Shown here: in pieces, positions 50,688 through 64,000 of the stretch
How the letters are laid out: every line of letters begins with the position of its first letter
Numbering within the stretch: position 1 is the first letter of the stretch
Origin: Marsupella aquatica
Lineage: Eukaryota > Plantae > Marchantiophyta
Length of the DNA stretch: 64,000 nucleotides
Reading direction: 5' to 3'
NCBI GenBank assembly: GCA_973895155.1
Contig: OZ316894.1
Location: 4,054,944-4,118,943, forward strand
Program-made: the position numbers and the translations under genes
Notes under the pieces: generated by a model
Seen by the model: only the letters and a program-made list of their open reading frames with translations
What the model was told of the DNA's origin: nothing
Databases searched by the model: none

Positions 50688-52322
50688 CACTAGTACATTT
50701 TACCTCTTTTTTCCGATTCTCTCCACATCGGACGCCTTTGTAAAATAAAATTTGAAAAACCATATATCCGATACTACTAGCATCGCAACATGCCATTTTA
50801 ATAGTATCGGATATCGACAATCGAACTTCTATCGGAAAGTCCGATGGTGGGAGAATGGGAAAGTCCGATGGTGGGAGAATGGGAAAGTCTGATGGTGAGA
50901 GAATGGGAAAGTCCGATGCTAGGAGAATGGGAAAGTTCGATGGTGAAAGAATGGGAAAGTCCGATGCTAGGAGAATGAGAAAGTCCGAAGCAATCAAAAT
51001 GGGATATGCATTTCAGCGGACGTGACATGCTCAGGTCACCCATCTCTTCCTTTAATTGGGTTTCTACTTTCATTTGGAACTATGAACTAGGTGCCCATCT
51101 CCCTTGACATATGAACTCTTCAAATTTTCTCAACTAATTGGTCACCCATCCCAATTGCTATTCCTCCAACATGAGCTTAACTTTGTGGTTCTTATTCCTT
51201 ATATTGTACATGCAAGCTTAGCACTTTTGTTGTTTGACTTAGAGTGTTTGGGGATTTTATACACTTGTGAGTTTACTAAGACCCATAATTTGGACCCATT
51301 CTTGATCCATTTTTCTCTATCATGAAATTAGATCTTTGCATCAAGTGACCTATTCTAGTTACCCTATTACATTCCCCTAGGAGAAACCAATAGAAATTTG
51401 GCAGGGGTCATTCATCGATAGTAAAGCCCTCCTTCATTAGATTTGATATGGGATAATTATGGCTTATTAGTTATGGATGATATTTTGGTCCTGCCAAAGC
51501 CTCAGCATCAATGGCTCCTGATTGTCTCATCTTTTATCAACTATGTTGTTGTTGGACTTGCAACAAAGACTACATGGGACAAGCAACCTCCTTCTAGATG
51601 ATGTATTTTGGACTTGGCATGTAGAGCACATATTTCCGTAAGGGAACAATATGTTGGGTCTTGGAATGAGGCAAAAACAACACTCAAGTCCATTTGCCTC
51701 AAGTATGAAGTTATTCATGCATGCAAGAATGATTGCATCTTTTGGGAAGAGTATATCGGTGCAACCACATACCCCATCTAACACATCAAAACTTTTCATT
51801 CTAACACAATCAAAAAAAAAAAATTTGTCATAACCAGACTTTCCCATACTCCCAGCATCGGACTTTCTCATTCTTCTAGCATCGGACTTTCCCATACTCC
51901 CAGCATCGGACTTTCCCATTCTTCCAACATCGGACTTTCTCATTCTTCTAGCATCGGACTTTCCCATTCTCCTAACATCGGACTTTGCCATGTTAGCACA
52001 ATCGGATATAATATCCATTATTATTAACTATGGAAAGTTTCCGATCAATATTGTAACGCACATCATTTTCGTTACAAAAAATATCGAACATATCAATCAA
52101 AGTTTCTGTTGAGGGATCCGATGTGTTTTCTAACGGATATGATCCGTTTTTTAACGCATCGGAAAGGTTCCGTTGTCAATTATATCGGAAATGAAGATAT
52201 CTGAAGCCGAGAGTATGGCATATTGCCATTTTTTGATAATCAGAATTTCCGATGCTAAAAGAATCGGACGCCGATTGTTCGCAAAAATTGAGCATCGGAA
52301 ATCAGCTTAATATGTACTAGTG
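50688..52322 (+). mobile_element. Non-autonomous CACTA (En/Spm) deletion derivative, 1635 bp
   Basis: AAA|CACTAGTACAT ... ATGTACTAGTG|AAA (3-bp TSD). Inverted 24-bp subterminal arrays (50834-50990, 51835-51987). Transposase remnant SWNEAKTTLKSICLKYEVIHACKNDCIFW at ~51659-51745. Confidence 0.95.
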
Positions 52323-55300
52323 AAATCTGAATTAAAACATGCTGTCATTGTATAACTGACGAAATGAGAAAAAAAGTCGTCTCACGGTGTATTCTGTTGT
52401 CAGTAGTTTTATCACTTGGAGGTATGCATGCAACTGGACCGCCAACCAGCGCAGACATATGGCCTCACAATTAACTTCATCGTTTTTTCAATGGCAATAT
52501 AGTATTTTGGTCGAAAGTAGTAACATAAATTCTGTCAGCATTTTGGGAGGTAAGAGCGAGCATAAGAGTAAGAATTAATTACTTGGAGACTACTCCCTTA
52601 ATTGATCGAACTTCAAGTAACGCTGGAAGTAGAGACCTACAGCACTCCTTCAGCAACATGGCTTCCCGTTCAGCCATGTTGTATTTTCAGTTAGTGATAA
52701 TCTTATGAGGGCACATGAATAATATAATAAATAAGTGTGGAGAAGACGGGGATCCAAATTAACGATGTGTGCCAAAAATGAGTAGACAGACATGCATGAT
52801 TGAGGTCAAAATGCTGGTGCTGTCTTTAAGGTAAACTCAGTCTAAACTCTGGTTCTCTTGTTCCCAAGGGACAATGCTAAGTGTGACGTGGAATGTCGAC
52901 TTAGCTCTTTCGGATCATTCTTCTATCGGGGTAAACAAAACCTGTCACTTATGATTTCGATTCGGATTTTCTGGGTCTAAATCCACATCGTGAATATAAA
53001 CGTGGCAGCGAAGAAGCCACACGTAGGGTCCTCGATCAGGGCAGCCATCCCAGTCTAAAGTAAGCAAGGTCGGTCAAGTATATCGGATGAATGGCATACC
53101 TGCTGACAGGTAGTTGCTTCCACCTTCCAAAGGACCACTAGCGTACATGGCACCGTTAGTATGCAACAAGACAATGTTAACGTATATGCTCCGGTGTATT
53201 CCCTGGGAATGCTACTGCTGGTAAGAGTGATACAGGCCATATATGTACTCCCTCGCAGCTCTTGCTCTCGCTCCAATCCATGGTGCAACATAAATTTCCG
53301 GCATCACACCCCACATCACATGCCGTGGTGGACCCGCAACACGTACTATAGCTAAGGAATGACAATGACGGTAAGAAGAGAGCTTCAGTCGACGTGTAAT
53401 AAAATAATGCAGAAGAATGAGTGTGAGAAGTTCGATCTAGAGTTGCAATGTTTGTCGCTTGTTTGCTGAAGATGGTGAAAACGGCAATTGACTTGATACA
53501 CCCCATTTTCCAACGTCATTCTCACGTACTAGTGCAATTTGAAGAATTGCATGACGAGATAAAATAAGCATTTTTGAGTGTAGGTTTTGGTCTGGCAGAC
53601 CGAAATGTTCAGGGGAGCCCGAGTATGAATCCGAGTAAAACATGAAGCAGTGAATGGGGAATTGTCGTATATCTTTCCTTGTTATCAACTATGAAATAGA
53701 AGGTATAGAGACAGATTTCAGTTGGACTCGAATTCATCGGGCGCTTGAAGTACCATTTCGACGTGAGAGGCCAGGTGAGCAGTACCTTCGAGGTGAATTC
53801 CACGATGACTGAGGGCTCGGATTGGAGACTTGCACAGCAGACAAGATAGTAAATCTAACCAGGTGTCACGTTTCCTGTACTTGACAAAGAGTATCCTCAC
53901 TTCATCTCCTTGGTGACCAGGAAGGACCCTATCACGTCTCGAATCCATACAATTTAGTAAAGGCTCAAGTAGAAGTTACCGATGGCCGGAGAACAATTTC
54001 TCTCTCCTTGCCAACGAGGTTAGTACCCCGGTTAGTACATTGTAATTCTATTGGTAGCTGCGGTTAAACGTATGAGCTGGATCAAATCAGATTATCTTCA
54101 AAGTAGTTGATGTTATTTTAGCTAGGTTATTAATGCATGCGCCTCTCTAGAATACTTCAAACACCCCGAGCTGGCGCAAAGAAAAGTAACATCCGTTTCT
54201 CGGCACCAAAAATAGATCTTCGTGATACTAGCTAACTAATTAAGTTTCATAGGCCCAAAATTCGTTTCCGTACTTAGTCATTTGACTATGTCGACAGATA
54301 TATTTCTCGATGTAAACAGCTATCAATAGTCAGCTTCACAATCAATTCTAAAGTACCGTAGGGTAATTCAAAGACTATCAGTGCTGACGAACACTAGCTG
54401 AGCCATCAGAGGAAGTGATTGCAACTGTGGTCTGGACGAAAGCTTGAGAAGCATGGAGGCGGGAATGGAGGGTTCCTAATTAACACCCAACTTCCAAATA
54501 CCCACCAATTAAAGTGAAAGTTTCTGTTAGTTTCCTGTTCCGTGGCCCATCCCCTGAGCCATTCCCTTAGTAGATCATACTGCGCGTTAATGTTTGGTTG
54601 ACTTCTATGGCCCATATTTTTCCCAATAAATTAATGTGCATTCATTACTCCTACACACAGCCATATCTCCTTGTCGAGAAGCACGCCCGGAAGCACGTCA
54701 AGACAACGTACTATTGAAATGAAATAATCCCAAATTCCCCGGGACTCGAAGAAATAATCACGGACAGTCTATGAGTCCCACACTCCCTTGCATTCGAGAG
54801 TCTTTCCTGAATATTAACGAAATTATAATGTATCCAAAGTAGTCAATGGTTGAAATTCAAGGGAATCTTCGGAATTATAGGTTTAAGGGTTTCGTGTGAG
54901 TCTTCCCAGGAATATCCAACTGATTAGAGCATCCTCGATCAATGCGGCGATTCGGGACCTTCTGGGTACGGTGACCGTCCGCCACAAAATGTAACCAATC
55001 ACGTACGACTCTTCATGAGCCCTTCGACCCCCGAAAACACACACCATGGGGGATATTCAATAAAGCTTTAAAGAGATGGTCAACATGAAAATAAAAAAAC
55101 TTCAGGACCCTTGCAAAGAATCTAGTCCTTCAGCCGATCTAGAATCTTGTCACCGGATGCCTCTGGGCAGACACTAAGTCTCATTAATGACAGGACATCT
55201 TCGAAGAGGTGTGCTTGACAGCCTGGGGCCCTGGGTGGACTTTCAAGTGTTAGAGCAATCCCCTGTGCCCTGCCATGATGCTCGAGGAGTAGAACTACAA

Positions 55301-56253
55301 ACCGAATATTATACCCAAATGACGAGGGTGGCCAGTTGTTTTAAAAATTGAATGATATGACAAATATATCATAACGATACAATCAAATTTAACTAGTTTC
55401 ATTGAAACATCTGACCTTTAACACGGCTGGATTTGGTCTACAAGGAGCTCCTCCTACAGTCAGAATGAAGGATATGACAAACAACGTTGGCTCGCAACGA
55501 GGGAATCGAATGTAACAGATTCCAAACATGTGGCGCTAGCATCGGTGGGCCATTATAAGGATTTGGTCTTAAATGGCTTGGCCTACTTCGATCCATACCA
55601 GTTTGGTTCGGACACCCACTCCAAGAGCAACGAACACGGTGGAACACACATACATACTGTAGGCTAAGAATTTCAACGGCTGAGACTACAGAGTACAGAC
55701 TTCGTGGTATTTGTGGAATCTATTCCTTTCCTGATACTCTCACTTTATTCAAGCGATGTCGTTGCTTGAAGGCTAAAACTAGGAGTGAGGCAGTTCATGT
55801 CTTTCAGCTCTAGTTTTTTCTTCATCATTCCTCACTGTTCAAGTGTAAAGACCATGCATTAGGTTCACACTTAAATTTTGAATCCAGTCGAGTCAAATTG
55901 TCTTGAGATCCGTTCTTGACGAGGATAGATTTCTATTTAGAGAGAGTAATGGATCTGACTGCCAAACGTTGCTTCCTGTGATCAAGGACGTCAGACGCGG
56001 ACGTAGCCTTCACACTGTCTATTGCCAACGGATTTGGGCCTGTTGGGAAAACCCTCGGAATCACTCCGTACATAATGGACACTAGTTCTTCACTATAGTA
56101 ACGCTTCGAACCCATGAAAGTCTCGCCCCCATTGTCCGTGGCTATAGGCTTCCTCTAGGTCCTTCTATAGGTTTGTCTTCAGGCTTTATAATATAGATTA
56201 TTAGAATAGCATTAGCTCAGAAGCAAATCTCGCCAAAATCATTCCATTTTCAA

Positions 56254-59200
56254 TCACTGGAATTCTACATCAACACCAAAGCGCAGCACTTTTTTAGGCA
56301 CTCTAGAGCTTCTGCGTCCCGCTTGAGGTACTTGGTCTAATGCAGTACTATTTTTGGCAGTACGAATAATCTCAGGTAATACTATCTTTGCGTCAAAGAG
56401 ACTGCTACTTCTTTTCGGTGCCTTGGCATTCACACTTGACCATGTAAGATCATCTAAGTTGCCAGGAAAGTCAACCAACCCCCCTGCAGGAATATCCTTC
56501 AATGCCTGATGCTCCACAATCCTCCCATCCATGATTTTCCTCTTCCTGCAATATTTCAGGCAAAGCAATGTGTGGGTACTATATCAGATATATAACCACA
56601 TTCGAGGACAGCCTCCTCCGCAAGACAATTAGGAGCCCATCTCTAGTGGGAAAGAGTCTCTTTAGTACCCTTTAGCTCTTGGTTAGCAAAGCAAGAATGT
56701 TAAAAAATCTACAATTAATTGGTGGCAACAGCTTTCCGTATGTGAATTAAAGATGGAGAATATCAGGAGAGCAGTAAATACACAAAAATTTGGACTTGGG
56801 TGCCAGACAGAACCTGAAACTAATAGCTGCAGTCGCTTCCTTTGTTTTCTTCACAGAAGCATCCTTCTTCTTAGGTCTAGCTGATTCAGTAGCTTTGTGG
56901 ATTGAAGTGATATTATCAAGTGGTCTAGCTTCCTTGAGAGCATCCTCGCCCACTGTCTTGTCCACCCCATTGTCCTTGGTTTTCTTCAGAGGCTGACAAA
57001 CCTCACATGCGTACACAGTTCTGCAACGACCAAACAAATTTCACATTCGGACACTACTTTCTGAAACCAAAGTCTTTTTGGAGAGAGCGAACACAACCAA
57101 ACCAGGGTTCCTTGAAACCATTGTCCTTGATTTCTTTCAGAGGACCCTTAACGAGGAACTCACAAATTGCTTCCCCTACGTGCCATACCTTGCAGCAGAT
57201 TTCCAGCTACGCACAGTAGCCCCACATCGCTGACACATCTCATGGCTATATACATAACGCCTCTCTCCTGACTTCAACTTTGAGTACGGTTTACCTGTCA
57301 GTTTCAAGAAATCTCAATAACTTACGGTATGAATATCTGTCATCATATGATTAGATCTCTGGGATTCCCGTCAACTCTTCCCACAGGACTGATTCTAAAC
57401 AACCTACCTGATTTGTTGATAGATTCAAAAACTAGAAATCAACCAAGAACAAATCAACCATATACATCACCAAAAGGAGCATAGTTTCTTGACTAGGTGG
57501 TAGATTCAAAGTAACCAAGGAAGTGAAGGACAATAGCTGCCCAGGGTATTAACTTGCCTGCTTCTTCTGGGGAAACAGTCGTGATGGAACCTGTAGTCAC
57601 TCCTACTTTTAATAATCGTACACTCTGCATTTTCCACCATGGTCCATGTCAGACTAAGAAGTGACATTGTTTAACTGTAAAGAAGACCTACACCAGGTGC
57701 ATGGCAATCAAGAATTGAAGATAACAGTTAAACACAGCTGAGGAGTATACAACTGAAGAAAACCGATAACAAAACTTCCGCTGCATCTTCCATGAGTAAA
57801 GAAAAACGTACGCAGCATTTAAGAACACTCTTGCTATCTACTCATCGAAAGCAAGAGTGTTCTCATAGAACTACTATCTGACTATAAATTATTGTTAGAC
57901 CATGCCCAGGAAGGCAAATAAAAACCTTGTCAAAACATCTTAACATTGTTAGAATTACATTACTCCACAGTTCTTCAAAGATTGATCGGGAAATGGTAGA
58001 AGCTCGCTGATCTGGATGCACTCCGCATACAAAAAGAATTTCTGCCCAAAAGATATAACAAGGTCGTAGACACGCATGGTCAGAGATGGAAAGGTGAGCA
58101 TGCATTGTACTTGGTCATGGGAAAATCCAAGTGAATATTCCAACCTAAACAAAGACAGCTCAACTTGCAAAAACTTCTTTGACAACCTTTAATCAAAAAC
58201 CACACCTGTTCGATAAATGTTGCCAATTCCAGCAATGAAAGATTGCTCCATAATAATGCCTCCGATTGTCTTTTTGCTTTTCTGTAAGGCAAGAAACAAA
58301 ATTGAAATGCCTTCTGAGACACAAGGAACCGGTCCAGAACTCAGTTATTTCTCTCATTCGTCCCTACTATTACAATATCTAGCCCTACTAAACACTCTCC
58401 ACACATATCATTGCTGTTGAGGAAGACGTATTTGCATTTTCAATACAAAGATTAGTATCGTGTCCAGGCAAAAATATCAAACATGACCATCATCCTTTTG
58501 CAGGGGCTATGAACCCCTACTTGCATCTTGCTCCACACTATCTCCTTATCTGCATCATCACGGAGAGGGTCTGGACCTAGCTCTGCTATCCTTTTCCTGA
58601 CAGCCAAAGGAAAATATTGAGACAAGATGTCTTACATTCATCAAAGTTCGTTACAGCGCCACCGGGTGAGAAGGACAGGCTTCCGAGAAATCAAGTTGAT
58701 GGACATGTCATTCTCACCCCTAGCAAGATATCTATTAGTACTGACAATCAAGAACTGGGGAAGAAAAAGCATTTGGCGTAACATGTACATCCGCCAGAAC
58801 TGAGAGTCGTTGGACGTACACCTCTAGGAATGCATTGAGAGGAACAATAATTGTCAATTGAGGTAGAATGGCGTTTACCTTTGGACCTCAATACCTCCAT
58901 GAACACGCATTGAGATAGTAATTGTCAAAATGAAGTAGAATGGCGTTTACCTATAAACCTCAATACCTCCATGAACACAAAGTTGAGCACTCAGATGGGC
59001 AACCAATTTCTCCTTCTTGTTCTCCAGTTTCAAGCGAGTTTTTTCCCTCGGCTCAGGTCCTGCATTGCAACGGGAGACTTAGCAAGTCTCTATCTCTCAC
59101 CGCACAACAATATAGCAAAAACATCCGCATTTGCGCACTTAACTTGAATAATCTCTAGTACCTAGACAGTTTTATCTACAACTATACAGAGAGTCATTTT

Positions 59201-60202
59201 AAAAGATTATCAACCAGGACTTCAAACTCAATAAGAACACGGACAAGCAGACCATAGAAAGATAGACTTACCAGGAGAAGCGAAGGTGCGGAAAGAGCCC
59301 GACATGCCAAAATGAATATGGACAACGATGACATCATCAGGAAGTTTCGCCAGAGTTGCTTTCTCCAATTTCTTTCTGGTAAAGAACTGCAGATAGACGA
59401 AGGAATCAGCTCATCAAGTCGTATTGCCGTTGCAGTTCATGGCAATTAGCAATATCATGTAATCCACCTACGGTCAAGCTATCATTGAAGTTAATCGCAA
59501 CTGGGACTTGAAACAAGGATTCAAAATCTGCACTTGACATAAAATGAAAGTGAGAATTAAATCTCTTTGGTGACACAAACCCCTAATTGAGCCTACTTAA
59601 GAACATCGGGAACTTCCGGTCAAGACATTAGCCTGTCGTTGATCGAACCGGTGGGCAGGGCTCTCACATAGAAAATGTTCTTCCCATGGGCTTCAATGAG
59701 AGACACATAGCATCCATCAATCGCACTCGCCCCCTCTGTAAACCTGCCACTAGGAGATGTCGCAGAAAAGGCCTGTAAAACAGACTAGATGAGATCACCT
59801 GCAACTGAATCGATATAACTATTCGCGAAGAGAAGCAGGAGTTGGGATCTAGGCTTCGAGAGTGAAGCCTCTAGACCGTGACTCTATGGCCCCACTCAAA
59901 ATGATGATCATGCATGATAATTTTTGTTATCATTTCTATTGACATACAAAGAATGGGCATTCAGGATCGTTCAGGTTAAACAGGCAACGGTGTACGTACA
60001 GGCCCCTGCATACGATTTTCAGAAATGTCACTCCCATAGGACAGAGCTCAAAATATTGATACTAAATGGTGAGGATTATTGATGAAAGCGCACTAGAATT
60101 TGGCCCTTTGACCCTTCAGAACAGCGCTTGGATTGATACCTTTCCAACAAGCACCCGACGATGAGCGATGGCCACCCGGTGAACGCCTGGGCCTTCCACC
60201 AT
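56254..60202 (-). CDS. Fpg/Nei-family (endonuclease VIII-like) DNA glycosylase/AP lyase with C4 zinc finger, paralogue 1, 432 aa
   Basis: Exons 60202-60140, 59772-59668, 59386-59272, 59059-58951, 58596-58521, 58281-58206, 58041-57959, 57624-57558, 57294-57189, 57020-56814, 56545-56254 (1299 nt, no internal stop). Motifs MVEGPGVHR, HGKNIF, HFGMSG, LGPDPL, H2TH EQSFIAGIGNIYRTEILF, CQRC...RTVYACEVCQ. Confidence 0.92.
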
Positions 60203-61851
60203 TGTGCCTGGACTTCTCCACCTCCTCCACCGACCCACCCTACCTCTCTCCGCTGTTTCACGGCAATGCTAAGTGGCTGAATCTACTACTTTCTCTCAAT
60301 CGGTGCGTCTTTAGCTCTAAACCACAGGGCTATGGAATGGTGCCCCTTTCCGTCCAACCTCGTGCTCGTGGATCAAGAAATAGAGTCCACCTTGTGTCCC
60401 TATCCGCTGTCAAAAATAAGAGTCTGCACCCAAAAATTGAAGTTATCAAATGTCTCGACGGGTGCTGCCTTAAGAGACTTGACTTGTAAGTATCATCCAT
60501 TCATTTTCTCAATGTGGGTATCTCGCTGCCAGCAAGAACTCCTGGTGCTCCTTGAAGCCTAGTTGTGAGTAAGAGAACAATTCACTCTATTGCAACTCTG
60601 AGCCGACTGCACATTTTGCCAAAACCCCTGTCTCCTCTCCAATCCTCTCTTTGCGTAAACCCTCAACCCTCAACCCCCAGAGCTGATCGCACGACTGAAA
60701 ATCGTCCTCCTCAAAATTTTCGTACAGATCCGAATCATCTAAGTGCCCTAAGTACGAGAGCGTACACCTCAAGCCAAGTGTATGCAGAGAATTTGATCAA
60801 AGTAAACCAAAACTATCCAGGGGAATATTGGGTCCAGTTGCAAACGCAACTCAGTTATGGGGAGGACCATATTAGGTCCTTTTGCCATTCATACTAAAGA
60901 GTTACGGGTGCCTATGTCTGGTCTCCTCTCCTTGCAATGATCATTAGTTAGGATCCGAGGGGACTATTTCGACAAAATAATGGACCTGAGTAAGCCACGT
61001 TAGTGAACACTACCCGTCGACTATCCAGAGAATAGTCCCCTTGGTCCAACGGTCATTCTTGTGCAACTGCTCCATCCATTTGGAATCTCGAACCCAATAT
61101 GCCACTTGACTGAACTCTGCCATCCAGAACACGTTGACGCTGGAGCTGCAACCACAGGGATCTCATATGGAGGCATGGAAAATTCAGAAGATTGGAAAAT
61201 GCAACACCTGAAATTGAAAAACGGGAGGAGAATGGAAACTCCAACAAGGAGTATGTCAGAGACCTGAGGAAGTCTCCAGAGTGGTTTAAATTACGGACCC
61301 AAGGGAAGGATGTGCATCTCTCCACAGCACTGCACGCACACCATGTGAATCTAAGAACAGTGAGGTTTTGAATTGTGACCAGACGCTGCAGGTGAAAAAA
61401 AGCCACTAGCGTCAAGCCAACGGTCCCCGCTCCTGGATGAATTTGACTCAGTGTTGTTTCTTGCGAGAAATGGACTCTAAAATAAGCCCTATTGCAAACA
61501 TTGAGTTGAACGTTCAGTCAACGGGTTGACCTACTTCAGGAATGATGTAGAACTGCAGAATCATTCTCTTTCTGGGAGAATAAAGGGATAATGGGAACCC
61601 CCAGGCGTAGCGTGAAAATCCCGGCGAACCACGATCCAGGATCAGACCACGATTCTTCCGGTCTTAGTGCTCCACTTCTCTCTCCACTGCGGAAAGAGAC
61701 CGCATTGTGTGATTGTCTCAAATTGGGTGCCCAGGACATTGTTGTAGAATAGTTCGTTCAGAAAAGATCCGAATATCAACAATCCGACCAATTTCAGCTG
61801 TCGAACAAGCAGAGGAAGCAGCTGGAAAGAGGATTTGAACCAACTGCTGCG
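60203..61851. promoter_or_regulatory. Putative bidirectional promoter and 5' leaders between the two Fpg/Nei genes
   Basis: Divergent ATGs 1.65 kb apart. A short inverted repeat lies at 60951-61047. Promoter function is inferred from layout only. Confidence 0.5.
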
Positions 61852-64000
61852 ATGGTAGAAGGTCCTTTGGTGCACCGCATGGCGGAAATTCACCGGCGAC
61901 TCTTAATCGGGAAGGTATTGTAAGCACTTCGGATGAAATCTTCCAATGTGGTATCTCCAAAATGGTGTTTCACAAGCTGTATCAGTGAGCATCTCTGTGA
62001 ATTTCGCGCTAAGGGAACAGATGACTACCTTTCACTGGTGATGTGTTCCCTTCAAGGAAAAAAGCCTTGTCAAATTTCGAACTGTCTTTACCTCTTCTCC
62101 AATTGTTAAGAGTCAACCCTGCATCCGATATTGTCATCGTGTGGGGCACATATAGTAAGGCTCAGTAATGCGATTGAGTCGTTGAGATAGTTGAACTAGT
62201 GATGGATTCAACCTTTTGCATGAACTGTAATTTGGATTTACCCGTTCGGAATTTCGCAGTCAAGTAACTGTCTCGTGACCCTCGATCATGCCTACCTTCA
62301 TTCTCCAGCCAAGCCTTTCACTGGAAGCTCACCGTGAAATTGAACTTCTTGCAGGCCTATGCTGCCACGTCTCCGAGCGGCAGATTTGCAGAGGGCGCAA
62401 GTGCAATCAGTAAACGCTATCTCTCTCTCATCGAAGTTCACGGCAAGAACATTTTCTATGTGGGGCAACTCTCACGCCATTGACTTTTCAAATGATTAAG
62501 CAGTCTTACAGATTACATTTGGAGTTAATAGCCTTGTCCTGCAGATAGGTCATTCTTTCTTCGACTTGCCAAGCATGGTAATTTGAGCCTTTTGAACATT
62601 TAAGGTAAAGATTCCGTGGGCAATGAAACAATATTGAACGTGAATGCTCTTCATGAGGAACAGCCCATTCCTTTATTTGGTGGGATGTGCGAAATTCGAT
62701 TGTGACTGTTTGGGAGCTCATAGGAAATTTGTCATCTTGGCTTCCTTCGTCACCAATTGGCAGTTTTTCACGAGTCAAAAATTGGAGAAAGCGCTGCTCG
62801 CGAACCTTCCCGATGATGTGGTGCTGGTGCGCATTCATTTTGGGATGATGGGCTATTTCCGAACCTTTTGTTTTCCTGGTACATGCACCTCCCTTTGTTT
62901 TCCCACCTGCCAACGCCGACTTGGATGGACCTAAGGCAAAATATCCATCCCATTTTGAAGCACTCCTTGTATGGATGCAGGACCGGAACCTAAGGTAAAA
63001 ACCCGACTGATGCTTCAGAGTGAAGACAAAACAGTAGATGCCCACCTCACTGCTTCAGTCTGCGTGCATGGTGATCTGGAGCTGTACAGGTAAACAACGC
63101 TCTAACTTCCAAATATGTAGTGATGATAGAGACTTTTCAATGAGCCAGAAAGGATCTATGACACTGGTTGTTTCTTTCCATTTTCTGAACAATGTCTGAT
63201 TGAGACACATGTCACAATATGCCAATCTGGTTGCGGGAACTGAAACATCATATTTTCAGTAGAATTTCCATCCCTGATATCACTCCATGCTAATATCAAT
63301 TTGCTTGTCAAATGCAACAGGGGCATTCTTAATAGTAAAGAAGTTTTCCGGTAGGATGTCATACTCCTTCACTTGCTAAAGCCATCTCGTGCTTACTAGA
63401 GATTTGAGTTTTTCAGAAAGACGATCGCCAAGCTGGGCCCGGACCCCCTTCGTTCTGATGCAGATAAGGAGCTTCTGTGGAAAAAGATGCAGGTAGGAGT
63501 TCGTGGCGGGTTACAGCAGATCTAGAGAATTATCAAACGTGGGTCTTTCATGTTTGCAGCTAGTGCTATGGTGGGGATTCATCTGGTATTCTGACTCTAT
63601 GTTACGTTATAACTTGACACTTCATGTTATATTATGGCTTGACAGATAACTCGGAAGACTGTTGGCGGCGTCCTAATGGATCAATCTCTGGTCGCAGGAA
63701 TCGGTAACGTGTATCGTTCAGGTGTGTAAATACTTCAGATAGGTTGAAAGAATTGTGCACAACTAAAACAACCTTGAGACTAAGATATGGGCTCCTGATA
63801 TGCTTAATTTTGGGGTGTGGTCAGTTTAAAGCCACTTTTCGTTCATTGTTCGAATTCCTGAATTGAGACACCATAGTGACGGATTTCTCGAATTTCTTGC
63901 AGAGATACTCTTCGCCAGTGGATTGCATCCCGATCAGCGCGCATCTACCCTTTCTCGCTCAGATTTTGAAGTACTGTGGGAGCGGGTAATACCGTTTCCA
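61852..64000 (+). CDS. Fpg/Nei-family DNA glycosylase, paralogue 2 (5' part; runs off the window)
   Basis: Exons 61852-61914, 62355-62459, 62764-62878, 62981-63089, 63417-63492, 63646-63721, 63903-63985, the same sizes as paralogue 1. Motifs MVEGPLVHR, HGKNIF, HFGMMG, LGPDPL, DQSLVAGIGNVYRSEILF. Confidence 0.92.

Noticed and set aside
50557-52018. ORFs with SDFPIL and KSDARRM peptide repeats
   Set aside because: They are translations of the 24-bp CACTA subterminal arrays.
52600-56200. Scattered exon-like segments and short ORFs
   Set aside because: Could not be joined into a coherent gene or matched to a family.
57863-59390. Minus-strand Fpg/Nei fragments as a pseudogene of the + strand gene
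   Set aside because: All 11 exons assemble in phase with no internal stop.

Overview
Eukaryotic, intron-rich, repeat-laden DNA from a land plant. The gene content suggests a seedless plant such as a bryophyte, but that is inference. Hand-built spliced models with consistent intron phases give: (1) two tandem, near-identical 2-oxoglutarate/Fe(II) dioxygenase genes (4032-6545, 11299-13817) with W-box-rich promoters, inside a segmental tandem duplication; (2) a stand-alone USP (adenine-nucleotide alpha-hydrolase-like) domain gene (33476-35010, +) facing a USP-less, catalytically dead receptor-like cytoplasmic pseudokinase (40597-43942, -), which look like the two halves of one known plant USP-kinase architecture; (3) two head-to-head Fpg/Nei DNA glycosylase paralogues starting MVEG (56254-60202, -, complete with a C4 zinc finger; 61852->64000, +, running off the window); (4) a frameshifted relic with a PNRC/Edc1-type motif and a candidate 95-aa two-exon gene. 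Intergenic DNA holds a CACTA deletion derivative, a MULE-like element, MITEs, LTR-like relics, minisatellites and hairpins. I saw no rRNA, tRNA or CRISPR array. Family assignments come from motif recognition by eye; no database search was run.
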